Shown in pieces: positions 15,919-25,603 of a stretch of DNA of 64,000 nucleotides. The stretch spans positions 1 through 64,000 of the IMG/VR virus record IMGVR_UViG_3300049489_000993; one strand, given 5' to 3'. This DNA is from a virus. The stretch's first letter is position 1. The number at the start of each line of letters is the position of its first letter. The notes below the pieces were generated by a model that was not told the DNA's origin, ran no database searches, and saw only the letters and a program-made list of their open reading frames with translations. Both the position numbers and the translations under genes were made by a program.

Positions 15919-17385
15919 TCACGAAGCGTGCGCGAACCCTGTCGTGTCGGTGGCCGGCAACGACGCGAACGTCTGGCTGGCGAGCCCGCCCACCTGCACT
16001 TCCGATGAGGCGCCAAGACCCGACGTCAAAAACCCATTCGCCGCGAGCTTCAAGCTCGTCGCCACACACCCGAGCCCCACTACAGCGGCGATGCCAGTCG
16101 TGGTGCCGGTGAGCTTGGAGCCGCCCGCGGCGTTGCCGGCCCAGCGCGCGCCCCCGGAGAGTGACAGCGCGCTGGCCACGGTGCCCACCACGACGCAGTC
16201 GCCGGTCTGGCGCGCCAAAGCCCCCGGTGACGTGGCGTACACACAAGGGCGATTGCCCTCGAAGTCCATGAGGGAGTATTCCACGTCGCCGTCAACGATA
16301 AGCTGCCCGTTCCCCGTCGTCGCGCGCGTGACCACGCCTTGCGCAACGGCCTTGGCGCCCGCGATCACCACGACGGAGCGCCCGACGAGTCCGCTCACGA
16401 TGGAGGCGTTGAGCCCCGAAGTCGCGAGCTGCACGGTCAGGGAGACGTAGCCAGCCGCGATGGTGGCGTCGTCGAGGCGTACGGTGCCCTCATAGCGGCA
16501 GCCTTGGGCCACGCAGTTGCGCAACGACGCGAACGTGCCGTTGACGAACTTGATGCCGGAGAAGTAGAGCTGCACGGGTGTGGGGTCGACGAGGCCCACC
16601 TGGGTGCCGTAGGGTAGATCGAACAGCGTCGTGTATGGATGCACCGTAGCGCCCGCGCCGAACGGCCCATTGGACACCTGCTTGAGCTGCGGTGATGCGC
16701 TCGCGATGAGCGTCTCGGCCACGGGCAGGATTCCGATGCCGATGTCCAGCGGGTTTTCGAGCCAATGCGAGGCGTCGGTGATGGTGGTGGCGAAGGCGGG
16801 CACCGTCGCTTCCCACGTCGCTTTGCGGCCAGAGACGAGCGAGAAGGAGGGCGCGGAAGCGAGCGTGATGGCGGGAGTGCTCCGGTCTCCCACGACGAAG
16901 ACGTAGTCGGTGCCACGAATCTCGACGGGGATGGGCGCCTGGAATGTGCCTGCGCCGCATTGTACGAGCTTCACGCCGCTGATCGGCCCGCGGCGCAGCG
17001 AGGAGGCTTCCAAGTCGGTGAGGGCGCGTTGGGGCTGCCGGAACGCCGTTGCGAGCGTAAGCCCGTCGCCCGCTTCGTCGTCGCCGGTGGTCGCGACGTA
17101 GAGCGTCTGCACGCCGGTGAGGTATTCGGGGCGTCCGTACCGGAGCACGACGTCCCAACCCGAGAGGTCGGGGCGCATTTGGTAGAGCGTGAAGTTGTGC
17201 GCGGCGAAGGCGAACTGGCCGGCGACCGGGGGGAGCGCGTTGCGGGCCGCCAAGCTTTCGACGATGGGCACGGTGCTCGCGGCGCCCAAGAGAGAGCCCA
17301 ACCGGACGTGCCCATCCTCGGTGACGAGGGCGGGCGTGTAGTTGGCCAGGGCGTCGAGGGCGTTGATCTCACGCTGGGTGGGCAT
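15919..17385 (-). CDS. tail spike / beta-helix receptor-binding protein
   Basis: LYVATTGDD..GDG.T...AF....RAL motif that typically precedes pectin-lyase-like beta-helices; Gly/Ala/Val-rich C-terminus. Confidence 0.65.
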   Translation of the reverse strand: MPTQREINALDALANYTPALVTEDGHVRLGSLLGAASTVPIVESLAARNALPPVAGQFAFAAHNFTLYQMRPDLSGWDVVLRYGRPEYLTGVQTLYVATTGDDEAGDGLTLATAFRQPQRALTDLEASSLRRGPISGVKLVQCGAGTFQAPIPVEIRGTDYVFVVGDRSTPAITLASAPSFSLVSGRKATWEATVPAFATTITDASHWLENPLDIGIGILPVAETLIASASPQLKQVSNGPFGAGATVHPYTTLFDLPYGTQVGLVDPTPVQLYFSGIKFVNGTFASLRNCVAQGCRYEGTVRLDDATIAAGYVSLTVQLATSGLNASIVSGLVGRSVVVIAGAKAVAQGVVTRATTGNGQLIVDGDVEYSLMDFEGNRPCVYATSPGALARQTGDCVVVGTVASALSLSGGARWAGNAAGGSKLTGTTTGIAAVVGLGCVATSLKLAANGFLTSGLGASSEVQVGGLASQTFASLPATDTTGFAHAS

Positions 17386-17388
17386 GGG

Positions 17389-17799
17389 TCACTCCGCGGG
17401 GATGAGCGGACGTAGCACGCCCAGCAAGTACACACCGCCCACGGTGGCCGCCACACCCCCCAAGACGCCCACCCCTAGCAAGACCTCGGGCCGCTCCCAC
17501 AACTCGCGTCTGGAGGCTTCCTGCGCGTCCTCAAGGGCCTCCCGCAAGAGCTGCTCCTTGGCGCTGGCGGCATCGGCCTGGAGGGCGAGGCGCGCTTCCA
17601 GGGCTTGGGTCTTGAGCGTGAGCGTGTCGGTGAGCAACCGCTTGTCGAGGTCGCGCTCAAACTCGCACGCCTCGAGCTGGGCGCCGAGGGTCTCGGCGCG
17701 GCCGGGGGGGAACAAAAACCCGGTAAACGGGGCTTTCTCGCCCGCGTCGAGGGGCACGACGTCGGGCTCGCCAGCGAGAAGCAGGAGTAGCGCGATCAC
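17389..17799 (-). CDS. membrane protein, possible spanin component
   Basis: Hydrophobic N-terminus, GEKAPFTGFL, coiled coil, C-terminal TM segment; no lipobox Cys. Confidence 0.55.
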   Translation of the reverse strand: MIALLLLLAGEPDVVPLDAGEKAPFTGFLFPPGRAETLGAQLEACEFERDLDKRLLTDTLTLKTQALEARLALQADAASAKEQLLREALEDAQEASRRELWERPEVLLGVGVLGGVAATVGGVYLLGVLRPLIPAE

Positions 17800-18059
17800 C
17801 GCAAGCTCGTACGCGGCGGCGACGCTTCCCGGTACCACCGCGCGAACGCGCTCGCTTCGTACTTGGAGTGCGCGCAGACAGCTTCGGCGAGGGCGGTCAT
17901 CGCTTCGCGCAATGTCGGCGCCCAGCCTTCGACGAGCACCCCGTTGCCGCGCTCGTCGCCGAGCTGCCAGTAGTGGTGTTCATCCCAGAACGTCGAGACG
18001 CGCCAGTTGATCTCGTCGGCGTAGAGCTGATCGGCGATGTCGTCGGTGGAGCACGTCAT
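17796..18059 (-). CDS. hypothetical phage protein
   Basis: LY..EIN..VSTFWD.....LGDE.GNG motif; coupled on both sides. Confidence 0.65.
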   Translation of the reverse strand: MTCSTDDIADQLYADEINWRVSTFWDEHHYWQLGDERGNGVLVEGWAPTLREAMTALAEAVCAHSKYEASAFARWYREASPPRTSLR

Positions 18060-18394
18060 GTCGACAACCGCGAGAGCCACTTGGCGGTGGCAACCGGATC
18101 TTTACGCAGCGTCGCGAGCTTTGCTTTTTGGGCGGCGTCAAAGGTCGCGATGGCGGTTTTGTGTTGCTCCTCGAGCGCCGCAATCGCGTGCTCGGCGCCC
18201 TTCTCGAGCGCGACGGAGGCAGCTTTCGAGCCGGCGTCGATCGCAGTCAGCTCCTTGCGCAAAAGCTTGTCGGGACGCCGGAGCTGCTTCACCACAAGCC
18301 CGCCCGTCACGGCTGCGAGCAAGAGCCCGAGCGCGAGAAAGGGCACTTGCCAGTGCAGTTTGATCCAAGCCCATGCTTTCCCGAGGGCAATCAC
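18056..18394 (-). CDS. i-spanin (Rz)-like protein
   Basis: N-terminal TM segment followed by a helical coiled-coil region. Confidence 0.5.
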   Translation of the reverse strand: MIALGKAWAWIKLHWQVPFLALGLLLAAVTGGLVVKQLRRPDKLLRKELTAIDAGSKAASVALEKGAEHAIAALEEQHKTAIATFDAAQKAKLATLRKDPVATAKWLSRLST

Positions 18395-18885
18395 GCCTTC
18401 GGCTCCTCTTTTGGGGGCGCCGGTGGCGCCCTCTTCGACGGCCGCTTCGCAGGGTCAGCCTCGACTCGCAAGAGGGAGTGCAGACCGAGCTTGCTCGCGA
18501 CCGCGTGTCCGTTGGCGGTGAGGGCACCAAGGATAGTCCCCAAGATGGCGCGCTGCGCGCCCGTCTCGCTGGGGTCAAGCCAGGGGCCGGGAACCCACAT
18601 TGCGGCGTTGCAGATCACCATCGGCGCCAGCGGCAACAGTTTGGCGAGCGGCGCATCGCCGGCCAGGAGCTTTGGCAGCACACGCCGAGCCGTCTGAATC
18701 CCGATCCACACCGCCACGCACAGCAACGCGTTCCACTGATTCAGCACCTTGTCCAGGTTGAAAATGTCGGCGGCCTTGACGGCTTCCGAGAGCACGCCCG
18801 TCGCGAGCGGGGCGGCATCCGCCACCAGCTCGGCGCTCGAATCCGCAAGGCTCACCCCGGCGTCGACCATCGTTCCTGCATCCAT
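18391..18885 (-). CDS. holin-like membrane protein
   Basis: Two to three hydrophobic segments and a charged C-terminal tail; AGGAG RBS. Confidence 0.55.
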   Translation of the reverse strand: MDAGTMVDAGVSLADSSAELVADAAPLATGVLSEAVKAADIFNLDKVLNQWNALLCVAVWIGIQTARRVLPKLLAGDAPLAKLLPLAPMVICNAAMWVPGPWLDPSETGAQRAILGTILGALTANGHAVASKLGLHSLLRVEADPAKRPSKRAPPAPPKEEPKA

Positions 18886-18898
18886 TGCCCGCTCCTAC

Positions 18899-18937
18899 AA
18901 AATGAACCTGCCTGCGAAGCCCATCCCCGCAAGCAGG
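18899..18937 (-). terminator. intrinsic terminator ahead of the lysis-like genes
   Basis: CCTGCTTGCGGGG...CTTCGCAGGCAGG followed by TTCATTTT. Confidence 0.6.
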
Positions 18938-18987
18938 CCCGGCCTACTGGCAGCCGGGCTGAGACGTAACACGCCGAGAGAGGGCGA

Positions 18988-20970
18988 TCACGTTTGGACG
19001 CCGAACACCTGCACCATGATGACCTGCGCCAGATCGCTCGCGTCGATCTGCACCCCATCATCGGCCCGGTAAAACCCGATCTCTACGTACGCGACGTTGC
19101 GTGTCGTGGTGCGGATGTAGATTCCGGTATCCGGCACCAGGATTGGGTGCCCCACCAGCATCGCGCTCACGGCATAGTTGGTGTTGGCCATGTTAGTGCC
19201 GAAGTTGACCCGCAGCACCAGCCCGTTCACCTCGACGGGAGTCGTGCCGTCAAGGTTGAACCCCGCGTTCAAAGTCACTTCGGTGGCGCTGTTGTCAAAC
19301 GTGGCCGAGACCCAGCACTTTGGAACATTGCGGGCGTTTATGAGATTTGCACCAGACGGCCCGTCGCCACCGGCAGACGCGAATGGGAGATTCCCCTGTA
19401 CGCCCGTGTCGACGGTGAGGCTGTCCACGTTCAAGGTGTCGATAGTGCCCGCGAGGGATTGCACGTCGCTCCAGCGCGCCGCCGTGACGCCACACGCGAC
19501 GAGCCCGTTGCCGGCCAACGTCGGGGAGATGCTCGTGGCGCCCATGAGCACGCCGATCGTTGAAATCACTCCGTTCGTGATCGCGCCAAACGCGAGGTTG
19601 GAAACATCGCCCGCGCCGCGCGAAGCTGCTATCCCCCATCCGTCGGACAGATTGTCGCCGGCGGCACCCCCGACCTCAAGTGTGAACAGCGCCGCAGCAT
19701 TGGTTGTCGTCGTAAAGTTGCGCAGTCGAGCGAGCGCATTCGTGGGGTTGAACCCCGTTGTGTTGTCCGTATGCGAGGCAATGAACCCGGTCGCGAACAC
19801 GTCGCGGTAGCGCAGCGTCGTGGTTCCGATGTCGTGAAGGTCGTCGTCGGCGCCGACCGGCCGGATCAAGTTGGTAAGGAAGTCATCGGACGACTGCGCG
19901 CCGTTTTGAAAGATCGTGGCACCCGTGACATCCAAGCCGCCAGCGGTGATTGTGACCCCGTTTGCGACGTTGACCGTCTGAAGAAACGCGTCCCACCGAT
20001 TGCCCGTCGCTCCGAGGTCCTGTCCGGTTGAAAGCGGGAGCGGGTTCCCCGAAATACGAGCGGCGGCGTCGAAAATGAGCTGGGATCCGACCAACGAGAT
20101 GCCAACAGGGCTGATCAAAACGTCGTCGTAAAGGCCCGCCGTACCAACCGCGATCGTCGCCACGGTGATATCGCTTGTCACTTCAAGGTCGCCGGTGATC
20201 TTGTAGTTGCCCGCAAGCGTGAGGTCGCCGAAGCGGGAGACCTTGCGGTCGAGCGATTCTGGGGGCGCTTCCCACCACCGCGTCGCTGCCGTCGACGACT
20301 GAAGCTCCTCGATCTTCTTGAGCACCGCCGATGCGAACCGCTCCAAGGTCTTCACACCGTAGGTGGCCCGGTCGGTATTGCGATCGGTGCCCCCGCCCCA
20401 CGACGGGCGGAAGGTCTGCGGGCTTGAATCCGCCGGTCCCTCAAACAAAAACGCCCGGTGGTCCACGATGGACGTGAATCCCGCGCTCCAGTTGACGGTC
20501 GCGACTTTGTACCATTCGCCGCCCGGCGATTGCGCGTCTAGCGTGCGTGCGAGCTGCCACCCTGCAATCTTGCGCGTGTCTACCGCTTGCACCGTCGACA
20601 AGTCGACGAGAGGGTCCCAAAACACGCGGTTCGCGATGCTGCCATCGGCGTACGCAAAGCGCACCCAAATGCCGTAGGCATCGGCAGGCAGGCCAGTAAA
20701 GTCGCTCGTCAACGACGCCACGCCCTCAGAGGTGAGGTGCCCCCCCAAGAGCTGGGCATCGCGGTTCTCTGTCAACGCGGCTTTGCCTTTGACCACCGTC
20801 AAGACATTGCCGAGCGTGCTCCATGTGAAGCCGTCGAGGATGCGCATGACGCCATCCCCCACGACGAGGTCTCGCATGTGCCGCTGAAAGTCGTTCAACG
20901 GCGACGTCGCCAAAAACTCGACGTCACCAAGATCAACGCGCTCGTTGGGGTGCAGTTTGACTAGATCCAC
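18988..20970 (-). CDS. tail fibre protein
   Basis: Follows the baseplate genes; repeated D.G....RW.D motifs; C-terminal PKCWV.F...NAGFN...VNF...MANTNYAV domain. Confidence 0.75.
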   Translation of the reverse strand: MDLVKLHPNERVDLGDVEFLATSPLNDFQRHMRDLVVGDGVMRILDGFTWSTLGNVLTVVKGKAALTENRDAQLLGGHLTSEGVASLTSDFTGLPADAYGIWVRFAYADGSIANRVFWDPLVDLSTVQAVDTRKIAGWQLARTLDAQSPGGEWYKVATVNWSAGFTSIVDHRAFLFEGPADSSPQTFRPSWGGGTDRNTDRATYGVKTLERFASAVLKKIEELQSSTAATRWWEAPPESLDRKVSRFGDLTLAGNYKITGDLEVTSDITVATIAVGTAGLYDDVLISPVGISLVGSQLIFDAAARISGNPLPLSTGQDLGATGNRWDAFLQTVNVANGVTITAGGLDVTGATIFQNGAQSSDDFLTNLIRPVGADDDLHDIGTTTLRYRDVFATGFIASHTDNTTGFNPTNALARLRNFTTTTNAAALFTLEVGGAAGDNLSDGWGIAASRGAGDVSNLAFGAITNGVISTIGVLMGATSISPTLAGNGLVACGVTAARWSDVQSLAGTIDTLNVDSLTVDTGVQGNLPFASAGGDGPSGANLINARNVPKCWVSATFDNSATEVTLNAGFNLDGTTPVEVNGLVLRVNFGTNMANTNYAVSAMLVGHPILVPDTGIYIRTTTRNVAYVEIGFYRADDGVQIDASDLAQVIMVQVFGVQT

Positions 20971-20973
20971 AAA

Positions 20974-23331
20974 TCACCTGAATCGCGGGAGCACCCCGGC
21001 AACGGTTATGGCGTCGACAAGTTGGCGGATGAAGGCGTACGGGTCGGCGATGTAGAAGGCTTGCGGCGGTGTCGCGTCGACCTCAAACTCGTTGGCGAGA
21101 ATCGCGCCGGTGAGGAGGGTGCGGTAGAGCACCTGCAACGCGAGCGGGCTCGCGTAAAGCGCCGTCTGAAACGTGAGCACTTGGCCGCCGCCTGTCACGG
21201 TGCCCGCACCTTGCACTTCCCACGAGAGCGAGCCCTCTGTGGAAAAGTTGGGGTCTTTACGCCACGTCGCGGTAGGTGCCTCGACGGTCAAGCCAGCAAG
21301 CGCGTCGTGCGCCCCCAAGCGGGCCGTGCGCGCGTCGATCACGGTCGCGATGAGCCGCGTGCCGTTGTTCGCCGGCGTTGTGGCCCCGGCGATCGTCAGG
21401 CGCTTGCCATCCTCGCCCCCGGACAATGCCACCGCCGCCTCGACCACCATGACGCCGCTGCCATTCCCCACCAAGGCGATGTCGACAAGCGCGGCAGAAG
21501 CGGGGTTCGCTTCGATGGCGGCTTTCACTTGAGACGCCGTCGAGGTGGGCACGCCCGCGGTGGTCGCCAACTCGACGGTGATCGTGGGTGTGGCGACTGG
21601 CCCGGATACCACGACCGACAACGGCTGATTGGCCCCCGTCGCGTTGATGTCCGTGGTGATGCTGTTGCCAGCGACGCCGCCGTAGCGTGCTCGCCAGACA
21701 AGGCCGGCATTGCCGGCGCCGGTCGTGCGGCTGGCCTGCACGCCCGCGTCTTCGGCGGTGAACCCGTCGAAATGCTGCGCGGGAATGCGTACGGTGTCCG
21801 CCGAAATGAACTCCAAACCGGGGTACGTCCGGCCCTGCACGTCCACGTAGGCCCCGGCCGGCCCCACCGTCGTCACCATGAACCGCCCGTTGTTGCGCCC
21901 ATGAGCCGCTGTGCCGCCCGTTACGCGCACGGGGCGACCCGCAGAGTAGACCGCGCTGAAAAACGATCCTGAGCTGCTAAGGCGCGCCGGCTGGGCAGTC
22001 AGCACCGAGCCGTCGCCCGCCCGGTAGGCGTTCCAAAAGTTGGTGTGTTCGTCGCGCGTGTAAACCTCGACGGACGACCAATGCGCATCCGCCGTCGCTG
22101 CGACCGAGAACGAGCCGAACTGCACCTTGCGCAACGCCGAGGCGTCAAAGGCGGCGTACGCCACGGTGGCCCGCAAGACGCCGTCGACGAGAAGCTCCAC
22201 GCCTCCCCCCGCTCCACCATCGCGATCGGACAGCCGGCGCACTTCGATCGCGTGCGAGCCGGCGTCCACCGCGACCGTAGTGCCGATCGATGCGCCGAGC
22301 TGGGTGGAGAAGAACACATGGGTGGCGCTCCACCCGACGCAGATCGCCTTGGTGCCGTCGTGCAGGCGCAGCCCGACCGCGCGCCCGTCGCCGGATGCCA
22401 CGCGGCGCACAGTCGTCGTCGCGAAGAGATCGGTGGTCGCTGTGGCGCGCAAGGTGCGCTCGTACTGCGCGCCCAGGAGCACCGCGCTTGTGTCTTGCAG
22501 GCGCGCGGAGCCGTCACCGTTGAGCGTGACGACGGTGCCCTCAGCCTGCCCACCCGTGTACGTCCACGGGGTGTTGGGCTCGGCCGAGGGTAGGGCGTCG
22601 AAGGCGGCGTGGTGCGTCTCTGGCGCCAGGAACACCGCCAGGACGTCGTCAACGGCGCTTCCCACGACGGGATACACCGTCGACACTGTGGTCGTGGAGG
22701 TGGAGGTTGCGGCTTCGCGCGCATTGAAAAATGTGGTGCCGCGGGGGTCGTCAGCGGCGAGGGCGGCGTCGATCGTGATGAACACGAGGTTGGGGTAGTT
22801 GACGAGGTCTTCAAAGACTTCAAAGTTGCCGGCGCCGACGAGGAAGGTCAGGAGGGTTTCGATCGCGTAGATGGTGCCTTTGGGGGTGTAGGCGAGAGCT
22901 TGGATCGCGGCCCGGTATGGGTCGTCGTCGAGGCCGGGGAAGCGAAAGACACCGTAGTTGCGCCCGAGGGCGTCGAGGTAGGCGCCTTCGGCGTACGCGA
23001 CCAGGGTGCTTCGGCGGGCACTGTCGAGGGCCGAGTAGCTCTGCGAGCCGTCGACAAGCGGGGTCAGCTCGCGGAGGGTTTCTTGCACACTGGGCACGAG
23101 GCCCGTGAGCGTGGACGGGGTCTTGCCGCTGTAGCTGTACCGGACGCCGGCCATGTAGAGGGTGCCTGCCGCGGGCCAGGTGTACGTGGTCTCAACGCCG
23201 ATCGCCGTGTCACCCTCATTCGCGACCGTGGACAGTCGGGTGATGCGGCGCCCCGCGAGCGCGTTCAGCTCATCGCCGACGCTCGACAAGAGCGCCTCGG
23301 TCATCCCGCTTGGGCGGTACTTCAAGACCAT
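20974..23331 (-). CDS. baseplate wedge (P2 gpI-like N-terminus) with inserted lectin/Ig-like domains
   Basis: AEGAYLDALGRNYGVFR.PG.DD..YR..I......KGT..AIE; C-terminal AGV.P. Confidence 0.75.
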   Translation of the reverse strand: MVLKYRPSGMTEALLSSVGDELNALAGRRITRLSTVANEGDTAIGVETTYTWPAAGTLYMAGVRYSYSGKTPSTLTGLVPSVQETLRELTPLVDGSQSYSALDSARRSTLVAYAEGAYLDALGRNYGVFRFPGLDDDPYRAAIQALAYTPKGTIYAIETLLTFLVGAGNFEVFEDLVNYPNLVFITIDAALAADDPRGTTFFNAREAATSTSTTTVSTVYPVVGSAVDDVLAVFLAPETHHAAFDALPSAEPNTPWTYTGGQAEGTVVTLNGDGSARLQDTSAVLLGAQYERTLRATATTDLFATTTVRRVASGDGRAVGLRLHDGTKAICVGWSATHVFFSTQLGASIGTTVAVDAGSHAIEVRRLSDRDGGAGGGVELLVDGVLRATVAYAAFDASALRKVQFGSFSVAATADAHWSSVEVYTRDEHTNFWNAYRAGDGSVLTAQPARLSSSGSFFSAVYSAGRPVRVTGGTAAHGRNNGRFMVTTVGPAGAYVDVQGRTYPGLEFISADTVRIPAQHFDGFTAEDAGVQASRTTGAGNAGLVWRARYGGVAGNSITTDINATGANQPLSVVVSGPVATPTITVELATTAGVPTSTASQVKAAIEANPASAALVDIALVGNGSGVMVVEAAVALSGGEDGKRLTIAGATTPANNGTRLIATVIDARTARLGAHDALAGLTVEAPTATWRKDPNFSTEGSLSWEVQGAGTVTGGGQVLTFQTALYASPLALQVLYRTLLTGAILANEFEVDATPPQAFYIADPYAFIRQLVDAITVAGVLPRFR

Positions 23332-23358
23332 GACGGCATCATACTCAAGGCCGCGTCG

Positions 23359-24066
23359 TCAGAAAGGCCCGCCCGCTTTGACGAGGATACGCAGGTGATC
23401 GATGTAGCCGATGGGGTCCGGCCCGCCCGCCTCGTACCAGGCAAAAAAGCCGACCATGGAGCCACCACCGAAAGCGTGGAATCCGTCCATGCCAGCCGCC
23501 GACACAGTGCGCTCGTCGAGGAGCGTCCACGTCTCGGAGCCCGGAGTACCAGCGCCGGAGTAGACGCGCATGACCTGGGCGTTCCCGGCGATGGGGATGA
23601 TGTCCAGGCGCGCCGCGTGCCAGGTGTTGGTGGCGGCCAGGGCCGCGAGGCTGAACTGCTGCTGTCCGTACGTCGGCGACGACGCCGTCGCGAGCCCGCG
23701 CCCGTAGATGGCGCGGCAGTCGTAGCCGGTCAGCTCTACCGCGCCGTTGTACGTGCCGAAGGAAAGCACATGGCCCTGTTGAAATGGGCTGGCAGCGTCG
23801 ATGACTTGCCCCATACCTATCGCGTTGCGCGCACCTGCGGAGGGTGAGGCGCGGAACCACCCGCGAAGCGAAACCGCGCTCGTCGCCGGCACCGTCCCCG
23901 CGCGCTTCGCGTAGAGATAGCCGGTGCCACTCGTCTTGCTGAATCGGCGGCAGTAGGAGCCAGCACCGACAAGAGGGCTCGCGAGCCCGCTGTGGAGCTG
24001 CGCTCCGCCATCGGGTCCGCCGACAGGATCGCCCGACGTGTAGAACGTAAAATCAGCTTGCGTCAT
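23359..24066 (-). CDS. virion beta-sandwich (lectin-like) protein
   Basis: Located in the tail cluster; NTWHAARLD...GYIDHLRI pattern. Confidence 0.6.
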   Translation of the reverse strand: MTQADFTFYTSGDPVGGPDGGAQLHSGLASPLVGAGSYCRRFSKTSGTGYLYAKRAGTVPATSAVSLRGWFRASPSAGARNAIGMGQVIDAASPFQQGHVLSFGTYNGAVELTGYDCRAIYGRGLATASSPTYGQQQFSLAALAATNTWHAARLDIIPIAGNAQVMRVYSGAGTPGSETWTLLDERTVSAAGMDGFHAFGGGSMVGFFAWYEAGGPDPIGYIDHLRILVKAGGPF

Positions 24067-24350
24067 GGGTCATCCCAGTCTGGCGGCTCGAACACTTCGA
24101 GGTAGATCGTGCCGCTGTCGAAATCGGGCGCGGGGTTGGCCGCGGTGTCAAACGTGTCGTCCCAACCGGGGTACTCGAACACTTCGAGGTAGATCGTGCC
24201 GCTGTCGAAATCGGGCGCGGGGTTGGCCGCGGTGTCAAACGTGTCGTCCCAACCGGGGTACTCGAACACTTCGAGGTACTCCGTCGCACCGGAGAAAAAA
24301 TCTCCTTTGCCCGCAGCCGCCACCGTCCCCAACAACGCCGCTGAGATCAT
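24063..24350 (-). CDS. small acidic repeat protein
   Basis: 29-aa unit YLEVFEYPGWDDTFDTAANPAPDFDSGTI repeated; ATGA coupling at both ends. Confidence 0.7.
   Translation of the reverse strand: MISAALLGTVAAAGKGDFFSGATEYLEVFEYPGWDDTFDTAANPAPDFDSGTIYLEVFEYPGWDDTFDTAANPAPDFDSGTIYLEVFEPPDWDDP
24087..24278. repeat. perfect 87-bp tandem repeat (2.2 copies)
   Basis: CTCGAACACTTCGAGGTA starts at 24087, 24174 and 24261; the intervening sequence is identical. Confidence 0.95.
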
Positions 24351-24754
24351 GCCGCCGTGTCCCCGAACAACGTGAACTCCCCTGCGACGTGGAACGCGAT
24401 GCTCGCCGCACCGTACTGCCCGGCGATCTTCGTATGTGACTGGCGGTTGCGCAGCGTCGTTCCGCTGGGCGCAAACGTAACTTGACCGGCGCCGAGCTGG
24501 ATCACGATGACGTGAGACCCGACGGGCAAAGCCGGGACAGTGACGTTCACCGCGCCGGCCGCGTTCACAGTGAGGATCTTGCCCGCGTCGTCGGCAACCA
24601 GTGTGTACGAGGCCACTTTGGCGTCGACAGTGAGCATGCGCAGTTGTGTGACCGTGGCCTTCTTCGTCGTCGTGTCCGCATCGTCCACGACGGCGATAAG
24701 GTCAGCCGCGGAGAGCGCCGAAATCGCAGTCAACTCGGAAATCTTCTTGCCCAT
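24347..24754 (-). CDS. tail fibre-associated protein
   Basis: KKISEL....D.I.VVD....TKK.T; SYTLV.DDAGK; IQLGAGQVT; GQYGAA. Confidence 0.75.
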   Translation of the reverse strand: MGKKISELTAISALSAADLIAVVDDADTTTKKATVTQLRMLTVDAKVASYTLVADDAGKILTVNAAGAVNVTVPALPVGSHVIVIQLGAGQVTFAPSGTTLRNRQSHTKIAGQYGAASIAFHVAGEFTLFGDTAA

Positions 24755-24757
24755 GCG

Positions 24758-25288
24758 TCACGCTCCCACGTCGAGAAATAGATCCTCGCCGCTTTCCGTC
24801 TGCATGATGTCACCGGCCTCCGTCAGGAGCACGTCAACCGGCAAGGGGGGCTCCAAGTCCAGCCGGCGCGCGCCAGACCGCAAGAATGGTGGTGAGAGTT
24901 GGCGAAGTTGGTGGATGCGGTCACGGAAGAAATGGTTGCGCGCACGTATGGCGTCAGGGAGCACTGCGGTCTCGATACCTTGGCGCACGACCACCGTGTA
25001 TGGGCCGCCAACCGGTAGTCGTGGCGCCACTACCGCGAAAGATGACGTCGAGCGCGGGATGGGGGCGTAACCTTGCCCCGCGACGCCGGAGTAACAGGGG
25101 TACTCGGTCCCGTTCACGCTGATCGCAACGGTGAGTTGGGACAAGGTGAAGGTGCCGACGAGGGTGATCTGCTCGCCCCCATCCGTCCATACCTCGATCG
25201 GAAGGACCGCGCCCACGCCGAGGTTGACGCCGATCGAAGCGCCGAGCGACGACAAAGGCAGCGCGGAAATGGAGCTGAACCCAAGCAC
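24758..25288 (-). CDS. virion protein with IPT/Ig-like domain
   Basis: MLGFS.IS.LP.S start; GG..ITL.GTF; LLTEAGD...TESG tail. Confidence 0.7.
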   Translation of the reverse strand: MLGFSSISALPLSSLGASIGVNLGVGAVLPIEVWTDGGEQITLVGTFTLSQLTVAISVNGTEYPCYSGVAGQGYAPIPRSTSSFAVVAPRLPVGGPYTVVVRQGIETAVLPDAIRARNHFFRDRIHQLRQLSPPFLRSGARRLDLEPPLPVDVLLTEAGDIMQTESGEDLFLDVGA

Positions 25289-25306
25289 GCTGCCCTCCGG
25301 TTTCGA

Positions 25307-25603
25307 TCACACGTCTGTGGCGCCGTCGTATGCGTCGAGGGTTTTCAGGTAGGCATACGCCTGTGCGTGCGCGTTGTCGGCTGCGGCGCCAGTGTCGTCA
25401 GACGCCTTCGCTTTGTCGTAGGCAGGCCAAAGGACACTCACGTAGTCAGCCGGCAGCGAGCCGTCTTGCGACGCGGTGACGTCTTTGTAGACGCCTAGCT
25501 CGATGTGGAGCCCGCCCCCCTTCCAGATCAGTTGGTTGATCTTGTGGACGGCATCGGTGACGACAATGCCACCGCGAAGCGTGTGCGTGATTTGCAAGCT
25601 CAT
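25307..25603 (-). CDS. tail fibre-associated small protein
   Basis: QAYAYLKTL..Y.GA.DV C-terminus; lies downstream of the fibre gene. Confidence 0.7.
   Translation of the reverse strand: MSLQITHTLRGGIVVTDAVHKINQLIWKGGGLHIELGVYKDVTASQDGSLPADYVSVLWPAYDKAKASDDTGAAADNAHAQAYAYLKTLDAYDGATDV

Noticed and set aside
24087-24278. Possible CRISPR array (18-bp motif recurring at regular spacing)
   Set aside because: The 'spacers' are identical and the period is an in-frame 87 bp within a CDS; no cas genes are present.
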